From Octopus sinensis (lineage: Eukaryota), in contig NC_043007.1 of the NCBI RefSeq assembly GCF_006345805.1, positions 53,382,001-53,446,000 on the forward strand: a stretch of 64,000 nt of DNA. The letters run 5' to 3'. This document shows positions 61,203-64,000 of the stretch, one piece after another. Position 1 is the first letter of the stretch. Each line of letters starts with the position of its first letter. The notes beneath the pieces are model-generated. The model saw nothing but the letters and a program-made list of their open reading frames with translations, was not told the DNA's origin and made no database searches. A program made the position numbers and the translations under genes.

Positions 61203-61659
61203 GGTCAGATGGTTGTTTAGAATATTTAATCATTTACTATGGTTACATAACCCAGTGCTATCCATGTGGGTCACTCAATAAGATAAAGTAGTTTTATGAA
61301 TCTGTAAGTGCAATATATATTTGCTGGTGTCACATATCCAGCCCACTCTGTAAAGTGGTTGGCATTACGAAGTTTTGATGATGTTAAGAGTAATACTAAA
61401 AATGATGAGATATGAAGCAGTAAAGGTGGTCCCCATCCACTTTCTCTCTATAGCGACATTTGACAGCTTCATCTCTCTGTCACTCTTTCTCTCACTGTAT
61501 GCCTGTTTCTGTAGAGAAAAAGTGTTGACAGCTGCAAAAGTTTAAATATTCCGGCCACAGGTCTTTTAGAATGGTGAATTATAATCGCCCACCACTGCAC
61601 AATCAAAACAGATATTATTAATCAGATATATTGTGTTAAATTATATATATGACACCCTA

Positions 61660-64000
61660 CTGCAGACTACCTCGTTGACGAATGACAGAGACCTCTTTGT
61701 GGCTGGTGACTTCAATGGACGACATGCTGGGGGCTTCCATGGTGGCCATGGTTATGGTTCCCGCAAAGAGGAGGGAACCAGGCTGCTGGAGTTCTGCGAT
61801 GCAAATGATCTTATGGTTTGCATCACTAACTTCAGGAAACCTACCAGCCACCTAGTCACCTACCGATCGGGCCGACATACCAGCCAAATTGACTACATCC
61901 TTGCCAGGAAAAGGGAAAGATGGCTGCTTATAAATGCCAAAACCTTCCCAGGTGAAGAATGTACCCCACAACTTAGACTGGTAGTTAGTGACTTTAGGAT
62001 CAGGACTAAGAGGACGACCAGCATGGAGAAGAAGGATCTGGAAGCTTAACCCTTTCGTTACTATATTTCTGACCAAAATACACCCCTCATGAGTTTCAAT
62101 TAAATTATAAAATAATCATGAATTTAGGTTTGTTTCATTAAATAACTAACTTTTTTACTTATCAACATATTAATGTGATATTAGGAACATAATTAAAGAA
62201 AGGGTTCTTAATCAATTGCATAACTTTTGTCTCAAAGTGACTTTAATTACAGGTAAATCCAGGTAAATTGAGCAAAAGGTAAAAATATTAAAATTTTAAA
62301 TTGAGCAAAAGGTAAAAATATTAAAATTTTGTTTAAACATCACCATAGAAAATGAATCATCAGCTAATATTCAAATGGGTATGCAACAAAATTTTGATAA
62401 AGAAGAATTGTGCACATCACTAGATCATCAGTTGAATTTAATGCACAACGGGTGTACCATAAAGGTGGAATAAAGTGAAATACTGGAATCCACCGCAAGT
62501 TTGACCGAACTAAAGAAATCGGTCAAAATATAATATACGGCCCTGGTTATGGTATAGAAGTGATAAATTCCAGACCACACCGTTCCCTAGGCCATGCTGA
62601 CTAACATTATTTTCCCTGTATAAAAACTAAATCCACGCAGTACCCCTATTTTCCGTTGAAAAAGCTTTAAATTCGGAATCAATGCTTGATAACATGAAAC
62701 TCCTATCCATTTTCAAAGTTGAAGAAAATCCATGCCAAAAAAATTTTGGAAAAAAATCTCCCAAAATTCAGGGAATTAAAATTACATATCGATCGTTGTA
62801 GACAACTGTAGATGAACTGTATACGAAGTATAATCATATGTTTTCACGAATGTACTAACGAGATTTGCTCTGATATTCTCATTTAAATATGAATAGGTAA
62901 TTACGGGCGGCTTGGTCACATGAACCAAAATTTTTTTCGGGCGGCTTTGAGCGGTTTGGTAACAAAAGGGTTAAAGATCCTGCGAATGGACAGAGACTTA
63001 GGGACATATTACTTGAAGCCGTTGACGAAGTAGAAGGGGATATAGCTACACATGGGGTAGAAGACAACTAGAGGTTTCTAAGGGACAACCTGCTGAGAGC
63101 CACTGACCAGATCTGTGGCTGGTGCAAAGTCCCCTCTCGACCCAAAATAACGTGGTGGTAGAACAATGTTGTAGACAGGGCTATTAGAGAAAAGAGACAG
63201 GCTTGGAAGGACTGGAAAAATGGTGGTAGCAGGGAATTGTAGCAGACTACCAAAAGAGAAGCTAGGAGACAGGTTTATTTAGCCAGAAGGGAAGCAGATA
63301 AGAAAAAATTTGCCAATGTTCTGCACCATGAGGACCAAAGACTTAAGGTATTCCGTGTTGCAAGACAGTGTGTGAGAGAGAATCGTGATGTGGTAGGAGA
63401 GAAATGTGTTCGCATGGATGATGGCTCACTTGCGCTGAATAAGGATGCAAAGAGAGAGGTTTGGAGACACCATTATGAGAGGCTACTAAATAAGGAAAAT
63501 GAATGGGATAAAGAGAGTCTGCCGAATGTCGACCTAACAGAGGGACCAGCTATCCGAGTTGACAGTTCCTTAGTAGTTAAGGCAATTTGAAGCATGAAGA
63601 CAGGGAAAGCCCCAGGCCCATCAGAAATTACTGCAGAGATGCTTAAAATATCTGGTAGTGTTGGCTATAGCCTAGTCACCCGTATAGTTAACCAGGTGAT
63701 ACACGAAGGAGTCATACCCAATGACTGGTGTAGCAGCATAATAGTCAACTGCTACAAAGGTACCTGGCTTTCGTTGACATGGAGAAAGCTTTTGACAGGG
63801 TCCCCCGATCCCTTATCTGGTGGTCAATGAGGAAACTAGGGATAGATGAATGGTTAGTGAGAGCTGTGCAAGCCATGTACAGAGACGCTGTAAGTAAGGT
63901 GAGGGTTTGCAATAAGTACACTAAAGAATTCAGGGTAGAAGTAGGGGTCCACCAAGGTTCAGTCCTCAGCCCCCTCCTATTTATCATAGTCCTCCAGGCA
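61660..64000 (+). mobile_element. RTE LINE (endonuclease and start of RT), interrupted and running off the window
   Basis: VAGDFNG, EGTRLLEFC, SQIDYIL, KTGKAPGPS, FVDMEKAFDRVP, VGVHQGSVLSPLLFIIVL. Confidence 0.9.
62050..62970. mobile_element. piggyBac-type non-autonomous element in TTAA
   Basis: TTAA|CCCTTTCGTTAC ... GTAACAAAAGGG|TTAA; removal restores the RTE frame W-K-L-K-D-P. Confidence 0.88.

Overview
AT-rich, (TA)n-rich animal genomic DNA, most likely a coleoid cephalopod (Octopus-like; inferred from SINE/RTE/Penelope content and microsatellite load, not proven). The only confident host gene is ARP2 (ACTR2) on the minus strand: 7 coding exons at 44835-60730 splice into 378 aa plus stop, and the first coding exon lies beyond the right edge. 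The rest is nested transposable elements: Helitron remnants, a Ty3/Gypsy provirus with both LTRs (7008-11747), two tandem copies of a non-autonomous LTR element (12699-20952), an L1/Tx1 ORF2, CR1, RTE LINEs, a mariner, a Tigger/pogo, a Buster-type hAT, hAT and piggyBac MITEs, tRNA-derived SINEs and many Penelope-like (PLE) fragments. The most notable unexplained signal is a set of nine complete (plus one truncated) minimal type-I hammerhead-ribozyme motifs read by eye in non-coding PLE-type termini between 4.3 and 31.5 kb. These include two tandem-repeat pairs (430-nt and 516-nt units, retrozyme-like) and a compensatory U3-A8 core variant in two unrelated repeats. Near-identical repeat copies differ mostly by single-base deletions, so some frameshifts and duplications may be long-read assembly artefacts. 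All folds and alignments were done by eye; no searches were run.
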